NCBI RefSeq assembly: GCF_963921235.1
Contig: NC_086097.1
Location: 96,598,001 to 96,662,000 of the forward strand
Direction of reading: 5' to 3'
Length of the DNA stretch: 64,000 nucleotides
Source: Mobula hypostoma
Lineage: Eukaryota
The notes below the pieces were generated by a model. The model searched no databases. It saw only the letters and a program-made list of their open reading frames with translations, and was not told the DNA's origin. The position numbers and the translations under genes are program-made. Shown one piece after another: positions 1 to 13,624 of the stretch (within the stretch, counting starts at the first letter, position 1; the number at the start of each line of letters is the position of its first letter).

Positions 1-289
1 AGGGTCTGGAGATTGGGAAGGGGTCTGGTATGAGACATGCAGGAAAGATTAGATTAGGAAAGATGTTTATTTGAATTAGGAAAATAATCCTGTAATACAA
101 TAATAAATAAGCAGAATATTGTGGAAATTAACACCTGAAACAAAAGCAGAAAACACCATGTAGTTATAAATTGTTCATCAATATAGCATAAAGTACAGTG
201 AATGACAGAATAATATTATAGTAAACAATTCTAACACTTTTTACCTGAATAGTATTTCAGGTGTGTTATGTAAGCATTGAAATTTAATA

Positions 290-830
290 TTAGAATCATC
301 GAATAATACAGCACAGAAACAGGCCTTTTGGTCCAACTCGTCCGTGCCAACTAAGAAGCACAGCAAATGGTCCCATTTAACCTATGTCCCTCTAAGTCCT
401 TCCTAGCCATGTGCCTGCAAGTTTCTTTTAAGTGTCCTAAAGAAGGGTCTCAGCCCAGAATATCGACCATTTACTCATTGCCATAAATGTTGCCTGATCT
501 GCTAAGTTCCTCCAGTATTTTGTGCCTCAACCACTTCTTTAGCAGCTCGTTCCATGTATATACCACCCTCTGCATGATGAAATTGCCACTTAGGTTCCTT
601 TCAAACCTTTGCCTTCTAAACATATGCCTGTTAGTTTTTGATACCTTTTCTCTAGGGAAAAAACTGTTGTTTCTCTCTATGTCCCTCATATTTTTATATA
701 CAGTACCTCTGTAAAGTCAACCCTTAGTCTCTTATGCTCCTAGGAATAATGACCTAGCCTGCCTAAACTCTTCCTTGAACTCAGACTCTTATGTCCTGGT
801 AAAATTCTTGTAAAGTTCAGTTGATTTATT
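290..830 (-). mobile_element. Degraded CR1-type LINE 3' end, interrupted by a short Penelope-type terminal-repeat fragment (~433-530)
   Basis: Minus-strand ORF 471-689 contains a CR1 ORF2 C-terminal-like motif (QRVVYTWNEL). 433-530 resembles the Penelope terminal repeat at 50838-50970. Confidence 0.6.
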
Positions 831-2917
831 TCTCGCCTTTACCCTACCTCACTGTGCCAAAATTCCCCCATTCTAGCTTGAAATTGACACTTCCTCTAAT
901 TCTTCCACTCATGCCTTCTCCAAGCTCAGTTTTGCCTTGGTATGTCCATCCCATTCCCAGAAAAATATTAACAATCCTGCTTTTCTTTTTGTTTCTCATT
1001 CCTAAGGCACCATAATCTTTCCCCTCAAGTCTGCTGACATTCCCATCTTCTAAGATATAGAACCTGAACCTCTCTTGCCAAATTCCATTCTGTCATAAAC
1101 CTCCACTTCCTCCCTAAAGTCAACTCCATTTTGAATTGGTGAGAACTGCTCTTATTAACTCTAAGTTGTGCTCTCTATGTCTGTGATAAAGGTAAACTAT
1201 CACTCCTCAACCCGTTTTCAGTCTTTTAATATTAACCACACCATCCTCCTTCTGACTATATTCAGCTTTTCAGAAAGACTCTTTTCTTCCTCACAGCATC
1301 AATTAAGTCTGCTTTAGCCTCTGCTTACTCCTACTGAAACTTTCATCTCTGTTACCTCTGGACTTGACTCTTCTAATGCACTCCTACCTTATTGCCTATT
1401 ATCTGTAACATGGGACCATCAAGGACTGTAGTTTTGTTCTAATTCATGAAAAGTCTTACTTATGCGTCATTCCTGTGTTTGTTGACTTATTATTTTTCCC
1501 ACCGAAGCAATTCCTTGATTTTTGTAGTCTATCCTTTTGATTTAAAGGCTTGTAGGGTTTCTTCCCTCCCTATCTGTATAAGTATTACCAACCGACAACC
1601 TGCTGAAATATCGGCACTCTTGCGGTTCTGACTTCTGCTTCATACCCAATTTGATTTCTGCCCCATTAGTGGCAAGCCATTGCTGCCAATGCACAGAGTT
1701 TCAAACTGCCTTACTCAACCATCTACTTCTCGACTTCACTTTGAAATCAAATCAAATCAAGTTTAATTATCATTCAACCATACATGCATACGGCTGAATG
1801 AGACAACATGCCTCTGTGGCCAAGGTGAAAAACATACACATGCATCCAAAATAGTTATAAAGAAGAAAACAACAATGTCACGCAAGAAAACACATTTTTA
1901 GTCCAAGACCGTGAGTGACAAGTCCTGCAAATTGATGGTTCCTGGCAATCTACCCTGTCATCCTACCCATCCTACTCACTGACGTGAGAGGCCAGCCCCC
2001 AGCAGAGCATGGACACCATGCAACACTGCCTCTGGTGTCACCTCACCTGGACCGCAGCAGCAGGCAAACCTGCAACTTGAGGCCCAGTCCTTGCTACAAT
2101 GGAGGCTATGCAGCTCCCATGCCTCCTGTTTCCCCACCAAGTAAGGGAAATAGGCCTGTGGCAATCTATATCCAACAGGGTCTTGTGATCACAAGAGAAA
2201 CATCCGTGACAGCCACTCACTGTTTCACTGCACGCCACCCTCACGCACCAACTCTTTCAGGTGCTCCTTGAAAGACTACCATTTTGGTATGCATCTGCTG
2301 ATGTGAAGTGTGAGGTTTTGTTCCTTCGAAGCACCTTGAGTCAAGTTATTATTTTAAAGATGCTGTCATTAGTGAAGGACTTTGCAGACTTGCAGTCACA
2401 CAAAAATCAGTGGAGATAGGAGACAGCAGATGCTGGAATCTGGAGCAAAAAATAAAACTCAGCAAGTTAAGCAGCATCTTTGGATACAAAGGAACATTCG
2501 ATAATTTGAGTTGAAGCAAAAATCGACATAAATTAAAGTAAAATATATTAGAACAGGCAGCAAGAAGCTTAATCTAAGAGATTAAGCAGAGAGATTTAGG
2601 AAGGGAAGTGTTGAACTCCTTGTCTGTAATGAAAGTTGGTGCGATCTTTCATTGATTCTATTATGGTTATTATTCTATTATGGATTTATTATGTCCACAA
2701 GAAAATGAATTTCATGGTTGTATATGATGACATATATGTATTTTGATAATAAATTTACTTAGAACTTTGAACGTTGACTTAAGTAATGAATGCTCCAGGT
2801 TTATGAAAGTCCTTCTCGAAAAGCTAAACATAAAGAGTGTTAATAATTAACTTGTCTAAATGAAGCTATGTTTTTCTCTAGTGTGTTAAAGGTTTTCATC
2901 AATTCTTTACCCTGCAT

Positions 2918-4358
2918 AATCAGAATCAGAATCAGGTTTATTATCACCGGCATGTGATGTGAAATTTGTTAACTTAGCAGCAGCAGTTCAATGCAATACA
3001 TAATCTAGCAGAGACAGAAAAAAATAGTAATAATAAATAAAACAAAACATAATAATAAATAAACAAGTAAATTACACAAATTGAATAGAGTATTATAAAA
3101 TGTGCAAAAACAGAAATACTGTATATTAAAAAATTGAGGTAGTGCCCAAAGCTTCAAAGTCCATTCAGGAATCGGATGGCAGAGGGGAAAAAGCTGTTCC
3201 TGAATCGCTGAGTGTGTGCCTTCGAGCTTCTGTATCTCCTACCTGGTGGTAGCAGTGAGAAAAGCGCATGCCCTGGGTGCTGGAGGTCCTTAATAATGGA
3301 TGCTGCCTTTCTGAGACGCTGCTCCCTAAAGATGTCCTGGGTACTTTGTAGGCTAGTGCCCAAGATGGAGCTGACTAGATTTACAACCTTCTGCAGCTTC
3401 TTTTGGTCTTGTGCAGTAGCCCCCCTATACCAGACAGTGATGCAGCCTGTCAGAATGCTCTCCACAGAACAATTGTAGAAGTTTTTGAGTGTATTTGTTG
3501 ACATGCCAGATCTCTTCAAACTCCTAATAAAGTATAGCCACTGTCTTGTCTTCTTTATGACTATATCAATGTGTTGGGACCAGGTTAGATCCTCAGAGAT
3601 CTTGACACCCAGGAACTTGAACCTGCTCACTCTCTCCACTTCTGATCCCTCTGTGAGGATTGGTATGTGTTCCCTCGTCTTACCTTTCCTGACATCTACA
3701 ATCAGCTCTTTCGTCTTATTGACATTGAGTGCCAGGTTGTCGCTGCGGCACCAGTCCACTAGTTGGCATATCTCACTCCTGTACGCCCTCTCGTCACCAC
3801 CTGAGATCCTACCAACAATGGTTGTATCATCAGCAAACTCATAGATAGTATTTGAGCTATGCCTAGCCACACAGTCATGTTTATACAGAGAGCAGAGCAG
3901 TGGGCTAAGCACACACCCCTGAGGTGCGCCAGTGTTGATCATCAGCGAAGAGGATATGTTATCACCAATCCCCACAGACTGTGGTCTTCCAGTTAGGAAG
4001 TCAACGATCCAATTACAGAGGGAGGTACAGAGGCCCAGGCTCTGCAACTTCTCAATCAGGATTGTGGGAATGATGGTATTAAATTCTGAGCTATAGTCGA
4101 TGAACAGCATCCTGACACAGGTGTTTGTGTTGTCCAGGTGGTCTAAAGCCATGTGAAGAGCCACTAAGATTGCATCTGCCATTGACCTATTGTGACAATA
4201 GGTCAAAATTTCAATGGGTCCAAGTCCTCGTTGAGGAAGGAGTTCGGTCTAGTCATAACCAACCTCTCAAAGCATTTCATCACTGTCGATGTGAGTGCTA
4301 CCAGGCGATAGTCATTAAGGCAGCTCACATTATTCTTCTTAGGCACTGGTATAATTGT
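2918..4358 (-). mobile_element. 5'-truncated Rex1/Babar-type non-LTR retrotransposon (RT and C-terminus)
   Basis: ORF 3154-4206 has RT motifs ([34 protein letters not shown]) and ends [15 protein letters not shown]. Tandem (aatcag)n tail at the left end. Confidence 0.85.
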
Positions 4359-5565
4359 TGGAATAATATTTCAACTTGCAATTATACTCTGAACATTTTC
4401 ATAGGACACCTACCAGTATGGTACAGCTTTAATGAATTCCTGGCAGCAGAGAAGCTAATATCTGCCCAATGCAGGGAGCTGCAGATATTAAAGATTTTAT
4501 CTAGCTAAGGGTGTTCAATCAATCAGTGACACCATGCTCAATCTAAGAGCTCACAATATGAGACAAAAAGATATGTACTTTTTAATTCTTTCAGGAACAC
4601 TAGCAGCCTTCAATTAAAACAAAATAAACTATGGTTTATTAAAAAAGGATTCTTCCTTTTCCTATTAGAATATTGATGCTGCAGTTAGAGGGTTGAATGC
4701 CCATGAAAATAATTAAAATCACTGCTGAAATTCTCCATGGAATCCAAATTTGAATGTCTCCATCATGTCTATTCTGGGAATTAGAGCTGAACAATTTGGT
4801 TGCAGATTTGAGAAGGAACAGTGATGGCCTTGTTCTGAGGACAGGCACTTTCTTGTACTCTGATACTTATAACCATATACCTAATCTGATGTCAATTGAA
4901 TAGGCCTGTTTTTGATTTGTAATACAAATATAGATGATATGTTATTCTGATGGATGACATTTCTTTGGCTATCAACTGGATTGTGTGTTTGCATACACAG
5001 AATAACTTCACGTTACTGCTGTGTTTTAGACTGCCTCCATGAAATGGTTCAAAATGCATTACCTTAATATTGACTTGAGTATAACCCTTAGGAGGCCGTG
5101 ATCATAATATGATAAAATTCACCCTGCAGCTTGAGAGAGAAGAAGTTTGAGAAGGGGACACTCTCAGGGATGATGTCAGAGCTGCAATGGCTAGAGTTTC
5201 AGGGAGTAATTTGGAAGACACAGGATCAGTTCATCCCAAAGAAGAAAGGACATTCTAAGGGGAGGATAGCACGACCATGGCTGACAAAGGAAGCAAAGAC
5301 AGCTTAAAAGCATACAAAATGACAAAAATCAGGAGGAAGCTAGGAGAATGGAAATCTTTTAAAAACAACAGAAGGCAACTAAAATGGCAATAATGAGAGA
5401 AAGTGTGAAATACAAAGATACGTTAGCCAATAATATAAAAGAAAATGTTTTCTCTTTTTCACATCATTCTCTGTAAACTCTAGAGACTGTTGTGCATGAA
5501 AATCCCAGGAGATCAGCAGATTCAAAGATTCTCAAGCCATCCTGTCTGGCACCAACAATCATTCC

Positions 5566-5686
5566 TTCTTCTTCTTCTTCTTCTCCGTCTTGTTTTACAG
5601 TGGTTGGCACCCAGCTTAATGGTGCTTTACCGTCAACTTCTGCTCTGGAGTGTGCAATAGACTTACATTCTAAATCCCTTCACCCA

Positions 5687-5764
<78 letters not shown>

Positions 5765-6532
5765 AACCATCTTTGGCCATCCTAGTACCCTATTCCTGCT
5801 TATCCATCATATCCTCTAAATAAAACCCCGTATCACTTAAGAAAGCTAAAAATACTCTGACCTATGTGCTCTCACTCATGTCCAGCAACCCTTTTAATGT
5901 GAATTCCTGCACCCCCAGTTCCCTTAGATTAATTCTCATCATCTCTCTCTGTATCCCATACTTCCTGCAACTCAGAACTACATGTTCTACTGACTCCCCT
6001 TCCTGACATTCCTCACACAATCCTGTCTGGTGTTTCCCTATCATTTTCAATGTTTTGTTTAACGTACAGTGCCCCAGCCTTAACCAAGTCCACACAGTTT
6101 CCTCTCTTCTGTATCCACTACCTATCCTAGTACCTGCAACACTCTTTTGTATTTGATATAAATGCCTCTCTTTCCCCTCCCTGTCCCATCTTTCTTGCCA
6201 TATTTGGTTGATTTTTTTCCCAGATTACACACTTAACCTCTGCTTTACTGATACTAATGTGCATTTCTATACTTTCTTTCTTTAATGCCCTCTTTGCCAA
6301 CTCATTCACCTTCTCATTCCCCTTCACCCCTACATGTGCTGGAACTCATAGAAATTTATCTGACGTCCCTGATGTGCAATTCTTGTGACTGACTGAAGGA
6401 TTCAATAAAGTACATCTTGCCAACTGTTTGAGTGAAAAGACCTTAAACTTGCTAGAACTGAGGATGAACCTGAGCATATCAACACTTTGACTTGTCTAGC
6501 TTTTTCCACCCATCACAACACAACCAACACTG
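5566..6532 (-). mobile_element. 3' fragment of an I-group (Nimb-like) LINE with RNase H and Cys-His domain
   Basis: RNase H motif VPAHVGVKGNEKVNELAK (~6290-6345); RLRLGH...CEECQ..ESVEHVVLSC (5862-6095); (GAA)n tail; 14-bp TSD ccaacaatcattcc at 5552-5565 and 6533-6546. Confidence 0.75.
5688..5761. repeat. Compound (CT)n(CA)n microsatellite
   Basis: Directly visible dinucleotide runs. Confidence 0.98.
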
Positions 6533-7656
6533 CCAACAATCATTCCACATTCAAAATCACTTTTCTTCCCCATTCTGAAGTTTGGTCTGAACAACAACTG
6601 AACCTCTTAACCATGTAGGCATGCTTTTGTACATTGAGTTGCTGCCACATGATTGGCTGATTAGATATTTGTATTAACAAGCAGATGTACAGGTGTAACT
6701 AATAAAGTGGCCACTAAGCGTATTTGAAGATGACTTCAAGATTGAGGGTGTACTGGACAATGAGGCAAACTATCAAATCTTGCAGTATCGTCAAGTAGGG
6801 TGCCGTGCACAATCCTGATTTGATGGAAACAGAGGTGAGAGAATGGAGGAACATCTAGAGAAACTTCTGAAATGCCTTTTTCACTGCCGCTGTTACTGTG
6901 TGATCCTGAATCTCCGGAGGGGAAGGTCCCAAGTCCTCGGCTTTGCTTGTTGGTTGGCGGCCGGGACGGAGTCAAAGCGCTCGGCAGAGATGGTGCTCGG
7001 TGTCGAAGGGCTGGTCGGAGGCTCAAAGTTTTCGGATGGACTCACTGTTGGCTGTGGTCGGGTGCTTCCAATGCATCGACAGTTGTCGGTGCCTGGAGGT
7101 TTATAGCAGAGAGAGTTCTCTCTTCTGCCACCTGCTATCGGGACTATCGGGAGTGGATCAGAACTTTGAGACTTTTTTTTACTGTTCCCATGGTCTGCTC
7201 TTCATCAAATTATGGTATTGTTATGCACTGCTGTAACTACATGTTATAATTATGTGGTCTTGTCAGTGTTAGTCTTTGGTTTGTCCTGGGTTTTTTTTGT
7301 GATATCACTCCGGAGGAACATTGTATCATTTCTTAATGCATGCATGCATTTCTAAATGACAATAAACGAGGTCTGAGTGTCCTCATAATCTAATCTAATC
7401 TGTTAGGAAAATAGGCTAAAACTGGCAGGTGGAATTTACTGCAGACAGTGTGAGGTTTTGTGCTTTGGAAGGATAAACCGGTGTAAGACTTACACAATGA
7501 AGTGTGCAGTAAAGCAAATGAAATTGGGAAAAGAGAATAATAATTCCTTATCACAGATAGATATGTTTATAAAGAGAGCTTTCAGCACATTAACCTTCAT
7601 AAATCAATGTATTGGACACACGAGCCGGTATGTTATGTTAAAGTTTACAAGACATT

Positions 7657-8400
7657 AAGATGGCACTAAACGGTGAATCATTTGCTTGCATCTTTGGAAA
7701 CAGCTCTATTTCCATCTTTAATATCTCTATTTTTCCCTTTCACGGTTCTTCTGAAGACCCTGACCTGGAGTTACATGCTGACTTTGGTTCCTGCTCTTGG
7801 GGTTTCAGAACTGGCCATATTCTGACATGCCAAGGGCGCAGTCTGAGAGCTCAGCTTGCCTTTGGAGGCCTAAGATCTCGGGGCTCTGGAAACAGCAGAT
7901 GGAAGTTCGGTGTCCCGATAGACTGGTGTGTCTTAGGAGTCAGAGGATCTTTGGCTGTGTGCCCAGAGACCTGAGATCTTTGGGCACAGAGCTTGGAAAA
8001 AGCGACACAATGGACTTTTAACATCATAAATCAGTGAGTTGTTTGTTATGTCTCCCCTCTCGCTGTGAAACAGAGACATCTCTTTCTCCCTGTGGTATGT
8101 CAAGTACTGGGTGAACGGATAGTCTTTGGGGTACTGCAAGTCTGTGTCTTTGCTGTTGCTTTGCTGCACGCTTGAGTGCTCAGTGGCAGGTGCTGACGCT
8201 TTTTGCTGATGGGGGATCGTTGCTTGCTGCCACTTATGTGCGGGGGGGTGTGGGGAGGGGAGCTGGGGGGGACTTTGGGGTTCTAACATTTAACTGTCAT
8301 TCATTCTTTGGGGCACTGTGTTTTCCTGGATGGTTGCGAAGGAAAAGCATTTCAGGATGTATATTGTATACATTTCTCTGACATTAAATGTACCTTTGAA
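7657..8400 (+). mobile_element. Non-coding interspersed repeat, probably a non-autonomous retroelement; second copy inverted at ~24540-25372
   Basis: Both copies share the 5' aagatggc(a/g)ctaaa...gaacagctctattt start, internal blocks, and the 3' ctctgacattaaatgtacct end. Confidence 0.7.
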
Positions 8401-8717
8401 ACATCAGTGAGACAGTATTGTGTGCAAATCTGGTCACCTGCCTACTAGAAATATATTAATAAACTTGAAAGAGGACAGAAAAAAAATTTCAAGAATGTTG
8501 CGAGAACTTGAGGGCCTGCGTTATAGGAAAAGGCTAAGTAGGCTAGGACTTTATTGCTTGGAGTACAAGAGGATGAGGGGAGATCTTAACGACGTATACA
8601 AAATCATGAGGGGTATAGATAGGGTGAATGCATGTGGACACTTTCCCTTCAGGTTTATCGAGACTAGAACTAGATGTCATAGGTTTAGGGTGAAGGGTGA
8701 AATATTTAAGGGGACTG

Positions 8718-8975
8718 TGGGGTGGCACGGTGGCATAATGGTTAGCACAACACTTTACAGTACAGGCGACTGGGGTTCAGCTCTTGCTGCTGCCTGTACA
8801 GAGTTTGTGTGTCCTCCCTGTGACCACGTGAGCTTCCTCCAGGTGCTCCAGTTTCCTCCCAAAGGCACATTGGTTCATAGGTTAATTGTAAATTGTCCTG
8901 GGATTGGGCAGTGTGGCTCGAAAGGCCAGAAAGGCCTATTCCATGCTGTGTCTCAATGAATAAGTAAATAAATAA
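8718..8975 (+). mobile_element. tRNA-derived SINE (HE1/V-SINE-like) inserted in a CR1 fragment (~8400-9110)
   Basis: A-box-like ggtggcataatggttagc and degenerate B-box ggttcag; V-domain-like gagtttgtgtgtcctccctgtgacc...ggtgctccagtttcctccc; (taaa)n tail. Confidence 0.65.
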
Positions 8976-9859
8976 AATTCTTCTAAAATAAGGGCTTGGA
9001 GGGATATAGTCAGGATGCAGGTAGATGAGAATAGGTAGAAGATCAGGTCAGCATGGACCAGTTGAGCTGAAAAACCTGCTACTTTGCTGTTGTACTCTAT
9101 GACTCTATAATTATACTATGCCAGCTGTTACATCAGTTGAGAGGAAAAATATTGCCCCAGTTTGCAGTTTCACCTAAAATGTCACATCTCAGACCGCAGC
9201 AGTCTCAATATGTTCTGGAGTGTCAGCCAAGATATTTGTTTTAGGCTTCAGGAGCAAGATTTAAGTTCACAAACTTCTGAACCAGGAAGTGAAAGTATAC
9301 AGCAAGTTGTACAAAAAGTAGCAGAAAGCCACAATATGTCAAAATGGAGACGTGTGTGCTCATCCACTTCGGATTCAAAGACAATGCAGGATATTTTTCT
9401 AAATGGCAGAGGGATTACAATATGTGAAGCAAAGGGGTGTTGGTATCTTGGTATACAAATCACAGGAACTTTTTGCATGTATAAAAATTGATCACCAAAA
9501 CGAATGGATTTTTGGCCTCCCTCCTAAGTGTGACTAGACATAAAAAGGAGTAGGTCGATAAGCCCACTTGGCAAAATTATAGCTGAGATGATCACTGATT
9601 CCACTCTATTTTTCTGCCTAAACCACACCATCCCCACCCCCACATCCCATCCCATAATCCTTGAGTTTAGTTTAACAACTCTTTAGTTTAAAAAGCTTTC
9701 TATCTTGGTCTCAAATAAATGTTGACAGCTTCCACAGCTCTTTAAGGTAAAGAATTTCTAAGACTCACAATCCTCTGAGACAAATCCCCTGATCTTCAGC
9801 ATAGCCATGGACAAGGAGTGGAGCAGATGGTAAAGGAGAGTATTTAATTGGGGGAGGGA

Positions 9860-11840
9860 TAATTACAAAGATATGAGGAAGGAACTTGGGAGGAGATGTT
9901 CTCAGGGAACAGCAGGAATATAGAGGTTCTTTATGAAGAACTTGCATGGGGTTCTGGATAGATTTGTCCCATTGAGGCAGGGAAAGGGTGGTAGGAAGGA
10001 TGAAAGGATAGTAGGATGGTAGGAAAGGAAGGTACCTTTAGTCAAGAGGAAGAAGGAAGCACATTTAGGGTATAGAAAGCAAATAACAGACTGGGGTCTT
10101 GAGAGTTATAAGGTAGCCAAAAAGGAGCTTAGGAAGGGACATAGGAAGGCTAGAAGGGGTCATGAGAAGGTCTTGATGAGTAAGATTAAGGGAAACTCTG
10201 AAGTATTTTACATGTGCGTGAAAAAATCAGGAGGATGACTAGTGTGAGGGTTGGGATAAAAAGAGGAGACATGCCTGGAGCTGGAGGAGGTAGGGGAGGT
10301 CCTTAATGAATACTTTGCTTAGTGTTCACCAGTGAGAGGAACCTTGACAAATGTGAGGTCAGCTTAGAAAGGCTAATATGCTGAAGCATTTTCAGGTTAA
10401 GGAAGAGACAGTGTTAGAGCTTTTGAAAGATGTTAGGATAGAAATTTCTCTGGGGCCAGGTTACTATGGGAAGTGAGGAAAGAGATTACTGGAGCGTTGA
10501 CAGTGATCTTTATGCCATCACTAGTCACAGGGCCAGCACCTGAGGATTGGAGGTTGGCAAATGTTGTAGCTTTGTTCAAAAAGGATGATAGGGATAATCC
10601 TGGGAATTATAGGCCAGTGAGTTTTACATCAGCAGTGGGCAAACTATCAGAGAGGATTCTCAGAGACAGGATTTACAAACATTTGGAAAAGCATCGTCTG
10701 ATTTGGGATAATCACCATGGTTTTGTGAGGGATATGTCATGCTTCACGAACCTCATAGACTTTTTTGAGGAAGCGTCAGTACAATTTGATGAAGGTAGAA
10801 TGGTGTAACAAGTCGTTTGTCAAGTTTACCCATAGAAGGCTCATCCAGAACGTCATGAGGCATGGGCTCCATGGAAACTTGGTTGCATGGATTCAGAACT
10901 GGCTTGCCCACAGAAGGAAAAGGGTAGTAGTTAATGGAGTGTATTCTGCCAGGAGTTTAGTGACTACTGGTGTTCTGCACTGATCTGTTCTGGAACCCCT
11001 GCTTTTTGTGATTTTTATAAATCACTTACATGTGGAATTTGAAAGATGGGCCAGTAGGGTTGTCTTTGGTTACAAAAGGGCATAGGCAGGATGCAGAGCT
11101 CGGCTGATATGTTCAAAAGCATGAAGCGATACACTTCAGAAGGTCGAACTTGAAGGAAGAGTACATGGTTAATGGCAGGTTTCTTAGCTGTGTGGAGGAA
11201 CAGAGGGATCTTGAGGTCCATGTGCATAAATCCTCAATGTTGCTGTGTAAGTTGATAGGCTGCTTAAGAAGGTGTAAGGTGTGTTGACCTTCATTAATCA
11301 GGAGATTGAGTTTGAGAATCACGAGGTAATGTTGCTGCTCTTAGAGCACAGCATATCATGTTCAATTCTCATTGCCTCCATTAAAGAAAGCATGTGGAAA
11401 CTTTAGAGAGAATGCAGAGTTCATCTACCAGGATGCTGACTGGATTAAAGAATGTGTCTTATAGGAGAGATTGAATGAGCTAAGGAGGATGAGAGGTGAC
11501 TTGATAGATTTGTATAAGATTGTAAAAGGCATAGATAAGGTGCCAGGGCAGCAATGGGTACGGCCAGGGGACGTTTTTTAAGCTCAGTGGAAGAAAATTT
11601 AGGAGAGATGTCAGAGGTATGTTTTTTACAGAGAGTGGTGGGTGCCTGGAATGCACTGCCTGGGGTCATGGCTGAGGCAAATATGTTACGGACATTTAAG
11701 AGTCTTTTAGACAGGCATATGAAAAATGAAGGGTTATGGGCTGTGTCAGAGGGAGGGGTGAGATTGATTGTGGAGTAGATTTATATAGGTTGGTGCAACA
11801 TTGTGAGTCTATACTGTGCTGAACTGCTGCATGTTCTATG
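9860..11840 (+). mobile_element. Degraded CR1 LINE ORF2
   Basis: ORFs 10473-10808 (PEDWRLANVVALFKK..PGNYRPVS, HGF), 10765-10983 (WIQNWL..R), 11554-11778 (QRVVGAWNALP); ttctatg tail. Confidence 0.85.
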
Positions 11841-12526
11841 TAATTCCCTTAAATTCATTTCTTTGCTGCAGAGTTTTGGTGCAAACTTCCACAATTCAGT
11901 TCACCCTTCCTCCCTCCTCCCTCCCCCCTCCCCAGATGAGGCCTGACCCGTTGGATTCCTCCAGCAGGAGGTTCTAGCATCTATAGTCTCATACAGTGTC
12001 TTCTTACTCCCCTCTGAAAATGGATGTGTTATAATTTTCAAGAGACAAGAAATGAAGCTTCTTTATTCTGTTTTGTAATCTCTACAATTACCTGCTGGAA
12101 GAGAGTTGTGGAAGCAATATTATAGAAAATAGGTAAACAGGAAGTGAAAGAGAGGGGAATTGAGGGCTAGGTGGTACTGGCACAGAAGAGACATTGAGGT
12201 CTGCGGCATATCAGCTGTGACCATATCGAATAATAGGGCAGACCTGATGGGCCAGGAAACTTGCTCCTTCTCCAATATCTGGTGTTTATCCCGGGCTTAG
12301 TTAGAGGAAACATCCTCACAGCATTTGTCTGTCATGCATTCTCATAATATTCTGCTTCAATACCATCAATTGCTGTTCTTTTAAACTCCAGAGAACATTG
12401 GCCCTACCTAGTCAAACTCTCCTCACAACACACCATCTTTAATCCTATGAATCAATCTTGTGAAATTTCTTTGAACTATTCTCGAGAACTATTCTTTGAA
12501 CTATTGACACCCCCTGTAGGTAGTCC

Positions 12527-13250
12527 TCGAAGTGTTACAGTCCGGCATTCGGGTTTGGCCACCTCGCTGCCCATTGGTTAGATCGTTTATAGGCAGCTGC
12601 CGAGCGCCTACACCTGAATCACGCCAGAGATTAAGGAATGAAGCACAAATTTGAACGTTTGGTGCAAAACGAACCCTTTCACCACGAGATTAAATATTAT
12701 GTTCTTTTTAAAGAAAACGCTTGATGCTCTGGCTGGCACAAAATTACAGTAAAGTGGACACATTCCCACATAGAACCACTGCGCGGATATTCCAGAGGCG
12801 GCAGCTGGCTCTTTAAGAGCAATTACGTGATCTCCGGCAGGGAATTATTCGCTGTAGAGAGGTTTAGGGAGGAAATTACACCATCAGTCCTGAGCTGTTG
12901 CGATCGTGGCTGTCGGAACAGGGTGAAATACTGGAGGAAGAGCTGTGAAAATGCCTTACGTTCTTATTAGTACCCAGATCCGGCTGGTGAGTAAACATCA
13001 CCAAAGCGTTTGTGCCTAGAAGCAGGGTCATGGGCGAATCCCACTCGTGCCTGTTAACAACCTACAGAATATAATCTGTTCGCCGCCTCCAGCGCCATTT
13101 AACTACTGAGATTACCGTGACTCCTTGTCCAAAGTAAACGTCCTTATTTACTGAATAGCGGGGGATCTGGCGGAAGCGTCTCCTTGAGTTACAGCAGTTT
13201 AGTTATACCGAAAGAGAAAGTATCTTCTTGACCACTGGTTGGATACGCGA
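12527..13250 (+). promoter_or_regulatory. CpG-rich promoter and first-exon region of GCHFR
   Basis: Clear CpG excess over the flanks around the exon-1 ATG; inverted CCAAT (attgg 12573-12577); TTACGTGA at 12823-12830. Confidence 0.7.
12951..12986 (+). CDS. GCHFR: GTP cyclohydrolase 1 feedback regulatory protein, coding exon 1 (MPYVLISTQIRL)
   Basis: Matches the GFRP N-terminus (human MPYLLISTQIRM); followed by donor gtgagt, phase 0. Confidence 0.96.
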
Positions 13251-13624
13251 AGTTGATCTGATCTGAGAAATTTTGTTCAGGTTCATTCATGTTGTGATGA
13301 CTTGTGGGGAGGAATGATTCCCACCACCTGGTAATGACTCCACAAAGTGGATGAATACCAGGAGCCCGCCTGGAGAGACAGGCTGCGCCTTCGTCCCTCC
13401 TACTACCGCTTTTGTCTTAACAGTAGCTGAGCCAGTATTCCTTGCTGTGAAATTATAATTGCAAGTGAAAAGGCAGTTACAAATTAGGCTCGGTATAGGG
13501 AAACAGGTGGCCAAGGGTGAACGAGGAGATTGTTTATACACTGAAATCTTCCAGAACGTCACCGTGCTCCATAAAGGGTTTTGATTGTCTTTTGTAAAAA
13601 AAACCTGGTGTGAGGGGCAGCTTC

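Larger units (their letters stand above)
5445..6722. mobile_element. Tc1/mariner-like remnant, split by the insertion at 5566-6532
   Basis: Terminal aataaagtggccactaagcgta at ~6701-6722 resembles fish Tc1-type TIRs. The sequence is continuous across the TSD of the inserted LINE. Confidence 0.5.

Noticed and set aside
4669..4716. Acceptor-like ttccttttcctattag followed by NIDAAVRGLNAHENN*, a possible last exon of an upstream + gene
   Set aside because: Peptide not recognised and no partner exon found; such motifs arise by chance in AT-rich DNA.
1..12500. Exons of RMDN3, the upstream neighbour of GCHFR in human
   Set aside because: No recognisable RMDN3 sequence or second CpG-rich promoter seen.
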